A stretch of DNA of 63,010 nucleotides, the filler included, from Welwitschia mirabilis (taxonomy: Eukaryota), in NCBI GenBank assembly GCA_051453625.1. It is 4 parts of one record of this genome, joined end to end, with 100 filler letters (N's around TTAATTAATTAA, not from the genome) between each part and the next. Parts side by side here need not be neighbours in the genome. Positions count along the whole stretch, not along the records: positions 25,938 to 32,948 come from JBOZIK010000001.1; positions 33,049 to 54,536 come from JBOZIK010000001.1; 2 more parts are not named here. One strand, given 5' to 3'. Positions 26,210-39,687 of the stretch are shown here, one piece after another (position 1 is the first letter of the stretch; every line of letters starts with the position of its first letter). The notes under the pieces are model-generated. The model worked only from the letters and a program-made list of their open reading frames with translations. It was not told where the DNA came from and made no database searches. Both the position numbers and the translations under genes were made by a program.

Positions 26210-29200
26210 TCCCATTCCATCTTCTCGGACATCTAGTCGTTGAGAATTTCTAAAATGTCAATTTCATTAAAACTGGGATGTCCCATCACTATTCATCAGA
26301 CGTCCATCATTTGTAATTGACAAAAATTCAGGTTTTTAAAAAAGGGGGAAGTCCCAATTCAGTAACTCGCCATCCGGGCTACTGGAGCTATGGATGCCCT
26401 CGATTTTGTCCGCATTATAATCAACTCTTCAATCCATTTTTCTTTATTTCCTTCACTGCTTCCTCTTCCATTCCTCTTCTTGCTTCCTCCCAGTGAGTTC
26501 CACTCAAATCCTTCATCATGGCACATTCCAAATTAGCTTCCAGAAAGGGAAAGGAGACTGTTTCAGAATCAGAATGTCTTCATTCACCAGATCACCGAAG
26601 GCAGTGCATTAGTGGGTTTTCTAAGTGACCCATAGCTTCAAAACGGAAAATTGACTTTTTGTCTTTTAGGAGGGAACTCAAGATCGACCATCTGTTCATT
26701 GAACAAGGCTGATAGTATGCACTTGACCCATATACCAAAGCAGCTGCCAAAATGGTAAAGACTCTTTTACTGCAATGGTTCATTCAATTCTGAAGAATGG
26801 CAGATTAGATCCAAAGTTTTTGGGAGAGATAGAAATAGACTTGGAGCGAGTCTCTTTAACTACCAGCTTTCTCAATGATGGTCTTTTTCATGAAATCTCT
26901 TCAATGAACTCTATCCAAGAATTCACGTCTATAGAAACACTTACTCAAGGATTATGTGGTAGAGATATTTTCTGGCGACCTAACCTTCCTACCAATCAAC
27001 TGAAGCCACTTTATAGAGTACTTTTTCAATTTCAACACACAATTTGGTACCGAAATTAGGCCTCACAAGGATGAAGTATCACCCTTGTATGCATATATTT
27101 TATTCTGCCTTGGCACTGGTGTCCGGATCAATCTCTGTAACTTTATCCTATCTTACATCAGTCAGTTTTTCATTGCTGGATATTCAAGTATACCTTTTGG
27201 AGATTTGATAACAGCTCTTCTGGAAAATTATCAGTTCATAGTTCACAAAGAGGAAGAGTTGGTTAAAATTCCAAAGCCTCTGGGTCTGTACTCATAAAAG
27301 AAAATGAATATCTTTGTAGAAACAGAGATTCTTTCTCCTCCACCACCAAAATGAGTGTGTATAGAAGAAGGCACAAGTACTCAATCTGGTCCGGTTTCAA
27401 ATGAAGATCTTATGAAGGCAATGTTAGAAGTAAAGCAGATAGCAAAACAAGCCAGAGAGGTGGAATTACAGGCAAAGAACACAGCACAGACGGTCCATCG
27501 AAAGATGGAACATATTGTATTTGGATTATTGGCCTATGGTTTAGAATCCACCAGGTTCAGAGGAAGAAGAAGACGATTGAGGAAGAAGAAGACGATTAGC
27601 ACCAGTCTCATTTGGAACATTCTTTTGATTAGCTCATCTCTTCTTCTTGTAACTTTTTGTATCAACTCTTCTCTCTTTCCAACTTGTACTACTATCAGTT
27701 GTACTTACAATTTTTGTACTTTCAATCATATAATACAAAACTATGTTATGTGTACCATCTCCTGTCTTTTTCTGATGCATTTTTTTCACTTTTAATGATG
27801 ACAAAGGGGTAGAAAAGATAAAAGATAGAATAACCTAACCCTATTAATCATAGCATGTAAACTTGTCTATTTCGAATTTTTCATGCTATGAATTTTACTT
27901 GCAAAAGGTTGGTTATCTGTTTCAGTACATGAGAATTTAACACCTTGAAGGATCTATTTTGCTTTACACTAAACTTGCTTAATTCAATGCTATTTTTTGA
28001 ACTTAATGAAATGAGGAGATAGTACCTAGACCATTGCGTTTAAGCTTAATGTATACAGATCACAAGGACCACAAAAATTTAGGGGGAGCAACTAACTAAT
28101 CAACCTATTGCGCTTCATCAAGATCAAATTATTGAAGAAAAGGTTATCATCATTGAAAAGGGGAAGATTGTTGAAGTAAAAAAGTTTCAATGATGATGAA
28201 GCAACCACCATCAGAATGAACGGAAGTTTCCTAACGTCTTATGAATTCGAAATTTAGTGAAAACTCAAAAGCATGATCCTGAACAAATAATTTTCCAAGA
28301 GAAACTAGCCCGGACATCCGAGTTAGCACATCAGGAAGTCCGGGAAAAGTTTGGGTCTGCCTTGTCAAACCGGGACATCCGGGGCAAGTTCAACCGAAAT
28401 GTATGGGGACGTCCAACTTGTCAAACGAGGACATTTGGGCTCTACACAGGAACAATATAAGGGAACGTCCGACCTGTCATCACAGGATGTCCGGGATCCA
28501 CTCAGCTTTTAACAGTAAAAAGTGGGACATCTGAATCTCTCAAAGGGGATATCCGGATGGGTGAATGTTGGAGCAGGAAGTTGATCATTCTAATTGTATA
28601 AGCGTGGCATTGAAGAGAGGAATGGCTAAGAAAACTCCTGGGACGGTTAACAACCCATTGCACTCTTCTCAAGATCCTAACAACTAGTTTTACAGGGGAA
28701 TCTATAAAAAGCCCTGTGCCTTTTTAAGAAGACACCAATCTGTGATCTCATTTTTCTGAAAAGCAAATTTTGCCTCTCTTTATCTGTGCTCCTACATTAT
28801 ATCATTTCTTGAGAGACCATTGTACTACAAGCTGATGTACTATGCATAAAAGGCACATTATCCATCAGAAACTTCTATCTGATTGAATTCTAGTGAATGC
28901 TCTGTGGTTGAGCAAGCTTACCGTTGAGAAGGATATTGTAAAGGAACCCTTGGTGATGGGTGTTGAAAGCTTCCTCAGAGAAGGGTGTTCTAAGGGAACC
29001 AAGAGGTTGAGAGCACGTTGCTGCCCCTTGTGAGTGGAGTTGCAGAACCACTATAAATCTGTGGTGCACTCTTTCTACTTGCTTAAGTTCATTTTATTGT
29101 GTTCTTGTTTCAATTGTATTTGATTCATTCACTTAAGCNNNNNNNNNNNNNNNNNNNNNNNNNNNNNNNNNNNNNNNNNNNNNNNNNNNNNNNNNNNNNN

Positions 29201-29356
29201 NNNNNNNNNNNNNNNNNNNNNNNNNNNNNNNNNNNNNNAATTGTATTTGATTCATTCACTTAAGCAAAGTTCAGATTTTAGCTTCTCAAAATTAAGTAGC
29301 TATTTTTGGTAAATCACCCTATTCAACCACCCCTAGGGTGCCATTTGATCCTAACA
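26210..29356 (+). mobile_element. 3' half of SIRE-like copia A (env-like ORF, multiple PPTs, 3' LTR 28169-29356)
   Basis: Multiple PPTs (gacaaaggggtag ~27800, agggggag 28081, tcatcattgaaaaggggaagat before TGTTG at 28169). LTR ends with ccctattcaaccacccctagg...ctaaca. ggacgtcc-type repeats in the LTR. Confidence 0.82.
26518..27599 (+). pseudogene. Env-like (post-pol extra) ORF of SIRE-like element A, disrupted
   Basis: MAHSKLASRKGKE...YALDPYTKAAAKMVK.FYCNG...HKDEVSPLYAYILFCL...IPFGDLIT...KIPKP, followed by a coiled-coil/acidic tail. Homologous to 30500-31527. Confidence 0.7.
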
Positions 29357-32300
29357 CTCCCATGTCTACAACAACAAAAACTGGCAAGGATGAATCAAGT
29401 AAATCAATAGACCAGAAACTTTACAGATATATGATTAGTAGTTTGAACTTATAGTAGGCCAGATATTGCATTCAGTATGGGCATTTGTGCTCGATATCAG
29501 TCTAACCCTAAAGAATCACATGTTTCCGTTGTTAAAAGAATATTCAGATACCTCAAGCCTACAAGTAATTTTGGAATTCGGTTTCCTCGTGACGCTCTAC
29601 TTGATCTAGTTAGATATAGTGATGCAGATTGGGCCTGATGCACTAATGATCGGAAGAGTATGAGTGGTGCCTGCTACTTTCTTGGGAATCATCTAGTCGC
29701 ATGGAGCTCTATATCACTATTTACTGCAGAAGCTGAATATATGTCAGCTAGAGCTTGTTGAACTCAATTATTGTGGATGATGCACACCTTGCATGATTAT
29801 GGGGTGGAAATGAAGAGCAGTCAATTATTGTGTGACAACACCAGTGCCCTTAATATTGCAAAGAACTCTGTGCAGCACTCACGGACCAAGCACATTGACA
29901 TAAGGCATCATTTTATCAGAGAGCAGGTTCAACAAAGGGAAAATAAAACTGGACCATGTTGCTGCCGAAAAACAACTTGTAGACATGTTTATTAAAGCTT
30001 CATCAAAGGCAAGGTTTGACCCGTTGAACCGAGGTATGATCTGTTCACTTAAGATACCCACATTTGTACATATTGATCAAAGTTTAAATACTTCAGAGCA
30101 TAGTTCAAGTCTTCTATGTTTATCCTTGTTCTTGGCATCTTTCTCTCAAAGTTTTTGTCATCAATTTGTCATTTTCTTTGTCTCTTTCTTGCCTACCTTC
30201 AGTATTAGGGGTCCCAACATCCACACTCCCAAGACCCTAGACGTCCACATACCTGTATGTTTCTTTTCCGACAGATTGAAGGGCAGACGTCCGCTCTTCA
30301 ATAGCCTAGGTGTTCGCGCACCTATGCGGACATAAAGGGACCCCTTCTATATAAAGGACATGCCCCCTTATTCCACCTTACCATGTCATTTTTAGAGTTC
30401 AAAGACTCAAGAAAGTAAGTTCTTTTCTTTTCATCTTGTTTTTTCCTCTTCCTTCAGTTTTCTTTTGTAAGCTTCTTCTCTTCCTTTCATAAGTCCGTCA
30501 TGCCAAGACGAAAGATTTCAGTTTCAAGGAAAGATAGAGGAAAGCACAAAGAGGCAAAAGTAGTGTTTGTTTCTCCCAGGGCAAAGGCGATGTGGACCCA
30601 GAGCTTCAACAAGAAACCTCTCACTCCAAAAAGGGTCATACTTCATAATACTTTCAAGCATTACTTCAATATCTTGCCCACGTCAGAATACCTAAGCTGG
30701 ACTTATATTTTAAACCCTCATACATATGCTCTAGTCAATTTGGTCCATATGTTCTATTGCAATGGGTCATTTCAGTCTGAACAAATCAATTTGTTTCCAA
30801 CTTGTATGGAGTTGATATTAAGGTTAACCCTAAAATGATTTCAAGTGCTACTGGTTTTCCATTAGAAGGCGAAGAATATATGCATGTTACCTCAGTTTTT
30901 GTTCTAGATTGTCTTGTTCCTAAGGATGAGTTCATGGAAGCTTTATGTGAGAAACAAGAGGCATGAAGGACAGCTATTCCCACTCGGATTTTACGCCCAG
31001 TTTACATGGTACTGTTCAAAATTATTTCAAGTAATCTCGTTCCTGAGTTCGGGCACATGGATGAAATTTCTCCTCTATGCACATATGTTATGTTCTGTTA
31101 TGCCAGAACCATTCAAATAAATTTACCTCAGCTGATATAACAAAATATGTCTTCATACACTTCAATGGGTTCAGCAACTTTGCCATATGGTGGCTTAATT
31201 ACAAAGATGTGTCATGACCAGGTAGCGTTACCAAAAGTAAAAGATGAAATTCTCAAATTACCCAAGCCATTTGATAAGTCCTCCCTAGTCAGAATGAAAA
31301 CTGTAGAAGGCTTCACTCCTCCAGCTTCTTCTTCTCCTCTTTCCAGGCAGTTCAAGCGTATGTGACCTGACGAATCTTCTAAAGGCACGTCATCTACAAA
31401 AAAATGGCTTAAAAGGATCTCTTCTCAGCTCCCCAAGATTAAGAAGGCTCTAGTGGACTTTGGGTTGGAAGTGGCCTTCGCTTCATGCAACAGTGGCAAG
31501 AGTGGCAATGGGGAGGAATCTGATTGAATTCTCTTCAGTCTTACCCTTCTACTTATCTTTATCTCTGTGTTTCCTTGCGTCTCAGCTTGTGCTCCCCCTC
31601 ATGTAATTCTCTCAGTTAGTTTTTAAGTGTCAATCGTTGTGTCCATGCTCTTATGTATAATAAATCATGAACGACATGTAATCAACATTTTTGATTAAAG
31701 TTAATATAATCTATAGTTTGTTGTACTTTCAATTGGCTATGATTATTTATTCATATGCTTTTCATGGGTATCCTTTTTTTGTTGTTCCATATTCAGAGCC
31801 AATGATGCCAAAAGGGGGAACATAATCTTATCAAACTGCTCAAGTGCATGTCATAAGCGTCATCAACTTCAAGGGGAGTAAATCTAAGCCTTAGGAAGAG
31901 ATAAATGATTTGATCATAATTTATGGTATATTATGAAAATATCACTTTCAGGGGGAGTCTATCGTTTCTCAAAGTACTCGAAGGCATGGGGTTTGTCATC
32001 ATTGAAAAGGGGGAGATTGTGGAGTAAAAGATTTCAATAATGCCAATAGAATGAAGTTGATGAAAAAATATCAACATGCTCATCACCTTTTGTCAAAACA
32101 TGGGGATAATTTAAAAGTTGGCAATCTTCTGTTTGAGTAAAGCTCCGTAATGATAGACGTCCTCAAGATACTTCAGTACCCTGGATGTCCTCACTCCATA
32201 AAGCCCGAATGTTCCCTCTTCTCCCAGTTAGTTTGCATGAAAGTAGCCCGCTTATAGGTGTGGACGTCCCCACTCAAACAAGGTGGACATCCCCACTCAA

Positions 32301-32948
32301 ATAGGGTGGACGTCTCCTCTCCTCGTGGGAAAAATGTATGACTGCTCAGTAATAGGTGCATATGTCTGCACTCAAGTTAGCCTGGCTGTCCCTACTCCTC
32401 TTAGTCTTTTTGTACGAGAAACTAGACCACTAACATGTGTGAACGTCCCCACTCAAGATACCCCAAACATTCACCCTCCTGTTAGTTTTCTAAACTGAAG
32501 TCTGCACCTTTGACAAGTGTGGACGTTCGCACTTTCTCAAGGGCGGACGTCCCCACTTCCTAGAAGTGCGGACGTCTACACCCTTTAAGGGCCACTATTT
32601 TAGGGCAGACGTTCCTGCTCTTGAACCATTGCAAAATGGTCATCTTCAGTGGAACCTGCGATGGTGTTCAACAGTCATATTCTCTAGTGCGCTCTTTGAG
32701 GTTGATTAGTGAAGATTATCCCTTGAGGGTAAGACTTGATTGGCATCAAAATTAAACGAGATCTGAATTGAATAGATCTTGGAAAAGCCAATCTGTCAAC
32801 TTTCTAACAGCTATACTTTTTTGTCTCTAAAAGGCTGAAAGCAATTCATTTTGTGACTAATGAATTTTGTGAACAATAGCCTAACCTTGGATATTATCGA
32901 AAGTGTATTTACTTTGTGTGATCAAGCTGAACAGTATTGAACCTGTCT
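29357..32948 (+). mobile_element. 3' part of SIRE-like copia B (RT C-terminus, RNase H, env-like ORF, PPTs, truncated 3' LTR from 32018)
   Basis: TPMSTTTK.GKDES.KSIDQKLYRYMISSL; YSDADWA; CDNTSALNIAKNSVQHSRTKHIDIRHHFIRE. PPTs at ~31810, 31871 and 31951, then gtcatcattgaaaagggggagat|tgtgg. Confidence 0.88.
30500..31527 (+). pseudogene. Env-like ORF of SIRE-like element B, disrupted
   Basis: MPRRKISVSRKDRGK...WTYILNPHTYALVNLVHMFYCNG...HMDEISPL...LPYGGLITK...KLPKPF. TATA-like ctatataaagg at ~30348. Confidence 0.72.
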
Positions 32949-33048
32949 NNNNNNNNNNNNNNNNNNNNNNNNNNNNNNNNNNNNNNNNNNNNTTAATTAA
33001 TTAANNNNNNNNNNNNNNNNNNNNNNNNNNNNNNNNNNNNNNNNNNNN
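32949..33048. other. Artificial scaffold spacer
   Basis: 44 N + TTAATTAATTAA + 44 N. Confidence 0.97.
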
Positions 33049-33089
33049 CACACACACCCACACCCACACACACACACACACCCACACAC
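33049..33089. repeat. Imperfect (CA)n microsatellite at scaffold end
   Basis: cacacacacccacacccacacacacacacacacccacacac. Confidence 0.9.
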
Positions 33090-33419
33090 CCTCTCACTCT
33101 CATGATCGGGTTACCTTGGTAAAGGTCCTCTATGTTTTTTAATGTGCCTATAGGTAGTAGGTAATAAAGTAATCAGGAAAAAGGGGGCTCTTTTATTATT
33201 GAATCTTTGAAAAGAACTTCACTCTCCTGAAACTAGAGAGGAGAAAAACATGCATAGGCCTCTTCCACGCAAGAAAGAGGAAGGGGCATTTACATCACAA
33301 AGACAAAAAATTGAGAATAGTGAATCCAAATAATGTACAAAAGGGTAAAGATTATCTAAAAATATGTAGTTGACAAGAACTTCTTCTATAGTCTTCACAA
33401 GTCTTCTTTGCATGGGAGG

Positions 33420-34499
33420 AGGAACAGTTAGCTAGCTGAGAGTCAAAAAAGGAGATGAAGCTAAGATTACTATCCGGTAGAGATGGAGAGGAGCTATACT
33501 GTTAGATATGACTTTAGAATACTTGAGGATGAGGAAGGAAATTAGGGGAGAGCGTAGAGGAGGCCTCTCAAACATAGAGACATAAAAGTGGGAGAAAAAG
33601 GAAAAGTCTGTCTCTTAGATGGGAGATAAAGGAGAGGGAGTGATGTGGAGGAACAAGAAGTGAATATGATGATGGGAAGGGAGGGTCCCAGGCAGCATCT
33701 CTTTGTCGTCTAATAGTCCTTATCATCCTTAAGCTAGCTATGATTCTGTAGCTAAGATGCTGCTTAGAAGTCTGGTAGGATGTAGGTGGAAAGCTAGCAG
33801 GTCCTTGATGGTACCACAGAGGATCACTCCACTAGAATAGTGGTCACTTCACTAGGCATTAGGTTGGTACTCACCTTGTGGTGTAGTGTCACGGGCAGGC
33901 TCGTTCGATTCTAGTGCCCCCTCAGAACTTGATGTAAACTTAGGACTCTTTTGGAGCTAGCTAAGAGTTGAACCAGATGGAGAATTAAGGAATGACATCC
34001 TCCATTGAAGGATTGCGCCTCGGATGAAGCAACCTAAAGAGGAGGCTGATTGAAAACTCTAAATGGGGCACGAACAGCTAGATTTTGGAGGGATGCTAGG
34101 TCAGGAGAGTTGAAGGTAGGTAGAGGCAAGAGAATTCCACACCCTAAGCATGAAATTGACTTGGATTCGATGCCCTGGGCGTTGAATTCAATGGAGATTG
34201 TAAGTGGGGAGTGGGGGATGGAGAAAGGGAGAAAGGGAAAGGGAAAAAAGGAGAGGGAGAAAGGAAAAAGGTAACAAGGGAAGGGAGAGACAATAAGTAG
34301 GAGGAGAAGGGTTCTAGGTACAATCCTCGATGGGTAAGATTGTTAAAGGATGTCTTCTTGTCAAGTAAGAGGCTGGAGACTCAAGACAGATCCTAGAGTA
34401 GAGAGACATAGAACTAGGTTTGGGGTTGACCCTTGAAACTAGTCCAACAGTTGAAGTCAGAGAAGAGAGGTAAAAGGGACCAGACAAACTAGATTCCAT
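33420..34499 (-). pseudogene. Putative second extra ORF (S/P-rich) of the Tat element, decayed
   Basis: ATG at 34499 after a pyrimidine-rich leader (34510-34620 on minus), a largely continuous low-complexity frame, and AATAAA-like signal near 33190-33200 on minus. End point is approximate. Confidence 0.35.
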
Positions 34500-34993
34500 G
34501 CTCTAGGTGTTGGGAGAAAGAACAGAAGAAGAAGGAAAGGAAAGAGAAAGAAAAGGAGAAGGGGGAAAAAGAAGGAAGGAAGGAAGAAAAGAAAAAGAAG
34601 GAAGGATGAGTGCCAAAGGAGGTTGAGTAAGATTCAGAAAGGGGTCCCCCAATGTCTAGGGGTCGGTTTAATATTTAACACTTATCCACCACCAGACATC
34701 TGTGTAAGATGAAGTAAGATGAATTTAAGATGTCAAAGAAATTTAATGCTATAACGAAATAAGTTTATGGATTAACTAAGGTGAGTCCAACTTTTACCTT
34801 TGATGTGACCCATGTAAGTACAAATGTTGAAGGGCCCACTACACATCTTTCTAAATAAGGTTCCTCGTTGTTCGTGCAAACCCTAGCCCTTTTATAAAAA
34901 GGGGGGCCCAACTCCTCATCTTTACACATACCACTTCTTAGTTTTCCTTATGTTGTATGTAAGATTGTAAGATTTCAAGTATGTGATGACCAA

Positions 34994-36954
34994 ATGGCTA
35001 GTCCATCATCCAAAATTACCTGGAAGATCAGAACTTCTTCAAAGGGCTCAAAAGGGCAACAATAGACTCTTTCTCTTTCATTAAAGGTAGGCCTTCAATG
35101 CCATTCTAACTTCTCCTTTTAGAGTAGCTCTTCTTTAATTTTTTGTATCTTGGACCTTTGCCTTTAAATCGAGTCTTGTTGTTCTTTAGATCTGACCGGC
35201 ATGACTCCCATGGCTGCTCACATAAATCAGTGGGCGACAGGTGCATCAATAGGAAGAAAGAGGGGAGAAAATATGGTACAATAGGTCATTACTCCTTTCT
35301 TCAGTTTCTAGATGAAGATAGGTCCTTGGGGAAGAACTTGCAGAAAGCTAGGCTATACGAGTTGGCAACCTTCCGCCTCTTCAAGCAGGTACCAACTTAG
35401 GTTGAGGACATCATTTATAATTGGGACTATGTTAAAAGGGAAAGTTGGTTCCACTGTGTTTACGTTCTTGGGTTGTCGAATCCAACCCACATCTAGGTCC
35501 TCATATTCATGGATGACATTGGGCATATGTTTGGTCTCCCCTATTGAAATCAGATGGATGTCTAGACAATCTGAGGGACCGCCTCCAAGAATCTCCCCAT
35601 TTTGCTAAAAGAGTGCAGGTTGGCAAAAGCCTCTATAGAGAGGCTGAAGAGTGAGAAGGGGATCTTGGTTTATTTCCTTCCAGAGCCAGTCAAATCAATG
35701 TGTCTTTTTGCTTGCTCCAAGCTGATTCTCTTTAACAAGGGGATGCACATCTCTCAAGTGTTCTTTCGGGTCATGTGTGAAGTGGTAGCACATGGAACCA
35801 AGTCTGCATGTACAAAGTTAGTGAAAGAGAAGGTATCAGTGAACCTGACCCATTGTCAGAAAAATGAAAAGATCATGTGCGTAGTTGCTTTCTACACCTA
35901 GGCGATAAGAGTGTGGTCTTAGAGCAAGCTAGCTTGGATGAACGTCTTATCTCTCCCCAAGAGTAGGGAAGCCAACCTTAGTTCCCATTCCTTCCTTGGT
36001 CCTAGTCTTTACTATAAGGGACTTAAACTGGAGAAGTTGTATATCTCATCGAACGACCACAAGGAGAAGTAGGACCCCTTTGCCCATAAAATAGAAATCT
36101 ATGTTGCTAATTTTTTGTCTAAGGGCAAGGGTCTTTCTGCTACCAAGACTCCATCTGGGAAAGGGAAGGAGGTGGAGGTTCAAGAGTGTCCTCTTCTTGA
36201 TGATGATGAAGTGACAATCTTGGGAGAGATGTCTAGTAGGTCCACCTTCCGGTCCTATCTTGTATTGCATCTTTTGTTTTCTCCTTTTCTAAGATAGCTT
36301 TCTTTTCTACAAGGGAGAAGGAGCTAATATCATTTCATGGAAAGAGTCTTTCACCCTGATGGGTGGTTCTAGTTTAGGAAGTAAAGGGAAGATTATGCTT
36401 CTAGAGGAAGAGAAGTGTGCTCAAGATATGATGCCTTCTCCATGTGAGTAGATGATTCTATTAATCTTCTGAGTTTATACCATCTTCTGATTAGACTCTG
36501 ATAGTTGTTATCTCTTATCGTTTTTCAAGGAGGGACTAGTCTACACCTAGGCAGGAGAAGAAGTTCTCTTCCAAGGTGGCTAGATATATAGCAATAGGGT
36601 TGTCCTAGCTGAAGAGGTAGTATGAGAATGACCGGAGACGTGAACTAGAGGAGTTTTGGGCGAGGCAGGCAGAGGCTTGGTGCCGGGCAAAGGAAGCTAA
36701 AAGAAGGGCTAGGGCAAATAGAAGAGGAGGCCTTCAAGTCCAAAGGAAAACCTGCAAGAATGAAGATAGAGATGGGCAAAAGCCGTAAGGTGGCAAAAAG
36801 TCTGCACAAGCTTATAGAGAAGCACATAGAAAAGAAACAGGTTCTGACTGAACTTGTGCCAGTGCAGATTTCCCCTACTCCTCTAGAGAGCTTGGAAGAC
36901 CATTTGGGTAGCAATGAAGATGATGCCTCCCAAAATGCTAATGAGAGTTCTTAA
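34994..36954 (+). pseudogene. Antisense extra ORF of the Tat element, decayed and possibly spliced
   Basis: TATA ttttataaaaagggg at ~34891, ATG at 34994 (MASPSSKITWKIRTSSKG), coiled-coil-like C-terminus ending ANESS* at 36954, and a T-rich 3' region with aataaa at ~37072 converging on the integrase end. Confidence 0.55.
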
Positions 36955-38474
36955 AGCTCCTTTGTCATATTGTTTGTCTGCATTTTACTTTGCTAGAGCT
37001 TCCTAGGTTTGTCTTCAGAGTTATGGACAGGCATGCCTTTGCCTTTATGTAATAGCTACCTTTTCTCTTTTAATAAAAAGTCTTTTGTTCTCTTGGAAAC
37101 ATTACGCTTCTGACTTTTGCTAACTCTACTAACTATCTACTAACTTTATTATTGAAGAAAACTTGAAAAACAAACTAAAAGTATTAACCTAGTATGTACA
37201 AGGTATTTAGAAAGGGAAAAGAACTTTAACCCCGAGAGAAATCCAAAAGAGCTCTAAAGTAATGGCAAAGGTGGTAACCAATGTATGTATAAGGGAGCTC
37301 CTTCCTTTGGAGGTCGGCAATCTTGTAGTCCTAGTCCCTTACGAACAATGAGATTTGGTAGGGTTCTAGCAAGAGGGGCGAATTTCTAATGTCCTTTGAC
37401 CTTATCAGTTGTTCGATCCCTTACTAACACCCAATCTCCAATATGGAAGCCTTTCATGTTGCCCTCTTCTCAAACAATCACTTGACAATCATCCGGTGTC
37501 TTAGCATTGTGTGGATGGCTTCATCTCAAATCTCTTGTAATTCCAACAGAGCTAACTTGCTGTCCGACAAAGCTTTCAAAGGGCTCAAGTATGCTTCCCT
37601 GAAATCATACGTGTCTAGGCAGAGCTGGATGGCAAGGGAGGACCTTTGGTCATACACTAGGTAGTAGGGGATGGATTTGATGTTAGCCTTGTATCTCAAT
37701 CTGCCAGCCCATAGGGCATACTTGATGAGGGTATGCCAACTTCATGGCCTCTTTTGGATGGCAGATTCCATGCCTTCATTGAAGTTCGAGGTTTCTTCTT
37801 CTCCTCCTACTGGAAAGGGGGAGAAGGTTGTCATTATTGACTTCTTGATTCCCATTAGCAACTTCTTGTTAGATGATTTTTCTAAGCTATTCACCTAAGG
37901 ATAGTACTTCGATCTTAAGGAAAATCTTGTTATTCTAACACCATTCTGCAAACCTGATGGATGCGAAGGCTTTCTCATTATCACAGAACAAGGCATAGGG
38001 ATGTTCAAAGTTGGTGACAATGTCCCTTTGTAGGAAGTCTATTATAGTCTCTCTACTGAATTGCCTTGTTGCCTCTACCTCCATCCACCTTGTAGTGTAA
38101 TCTGCAGCTATAATGATGAACAAGTGTTCGATCATAAAGGGAGAATAAATTTTCCTAGTGAAGTCCAATGCCCACATGGCGAAAGGCCAACGTCTAGGAT
38201 GGGAAGAAGGGTTAGAGGTAGATTTGTATCTCTGGAAGCAAGACATTGGAAAATGTCATATGTGTAGGCATGGTTGAAAGAATCTTTCACCATGATAGGC
38301 TAGTAGTATCCTGCAACATGATCTATGTTGCTAGCAGTCTGGCAAAAGTGTAGTCTCCCTTTATCCTGTCATGGAACTCTTGCAGTAGCTCCTTGACTTC
38401 ATCCTAGGTAATGCATCGAAGGTAGACATTGTAATAATTCCTATGGAAGAGGACTCTATTCTTAATCATGAACT

Positions 38475-39687
38475 TGTTAGGATCGATAATAGGGTAATTT
38501 AAAATTATAACTAATTAACAACAAATTCAGATTTTGCACATAAATGAAAACAGCACAAAATAAATCAAATGACAAATGCACCAAATTTATAGTGGTTCGG
38601 CAATCCTTGCCTACTCCACTCACAGGGGGCAGCAACGTGCTTCCAGCCTCCTGGTTCCCTTNNNNNNNNNNNNNNNNNNNNNNNNNNNNNNNNNNNNNNN
38701 NNNNNNNNNNNNNNNNNNNNNNNNNNNNNNNNNNNNNNNNNNNNNNNNNNNNNNNNNNNNNTGCCTACTCCACTCACAGGGGGCAGCAACGTGCTTCCAG
38801 CCTCCTGGTTCCCTTAAATAACACCCAGCAGCTTGGGCACAATACAACACCCTTCTCCAAGGGTCACAATCAATCCCTTCTCACGGGATGCACGGGCTCA
38901 CTCCAAAGAGCTGCTAGAAAGAGTAGAAAGCAAGAGATCTGATGGTGTAAATGCCTTTAGCACACTACATTAGCAAATGAGTACAAGATCTCTAATTACA
39001 AATGATATCTTGGTGAAGTATAGATTGTATGTAAATCTCAGATTTCAGAATAATACAATCACGGAGCATTAGTCTACACACTATGTGAATCTGGCTTTTT
39101 ATAGCTTAAGGGTTATAAGATAGCTGTTGAAGCCTCAAGATTGAAGCCCCAACAGTTTAGTGCGTAACCCTCGCTATTTATTGCACAACCCTAGCCATTT
39201 GAAAATTGAATAGCGTCACTTTGGTGACTGCAACGGTCACATTCCATTTCAATGTTCACCAAGCTGTTCGTCCTAAGTTTTTAGACTAGACATCCCGGTT
39301 GTAATGCCAAATTATTGTGAAAACTAAGAAGAATCCTGGATGTCTCGATTCATAACTCGAACGTCCCCATAGATTTGGGCCGCATACAGAGTCGGACGTC
39401 CCGATGGAAAACTCAAATATCCTCATACTGGATTCTCGCATACAAGGTTGGATGTCTCGACGACAAAGCTCGAACGTCCCCATACATTTTACCACGTACA
39501 AGGTCGGACATCCCGGTGACAGGACTTGGACATCTCCATACATTTTACCGCATACAGGGTCAGACGTCCCATAGAACAAGCTAGATGTCCCGGTTGGCAC
39601 AACTTCTGATTTGCACGATTTTGGTAAAGTCAATGCCTACCCTTAGACATCATTAAAACCTTGGATGCTTCAACAGATTCTTCCACA
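38475..39687 (-). mobile_element. SIRE-like solo LTR inserted in the Tat integrase
   Basis: TG...CA termini, perfect TSD GAACT (38470-38474, 39688-39692). Removing it restores KAAKFMIKNRVLFHR. Contains ggacgtcc repeats and is similar to LTR 28169-29356. Confidence 0.9.
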
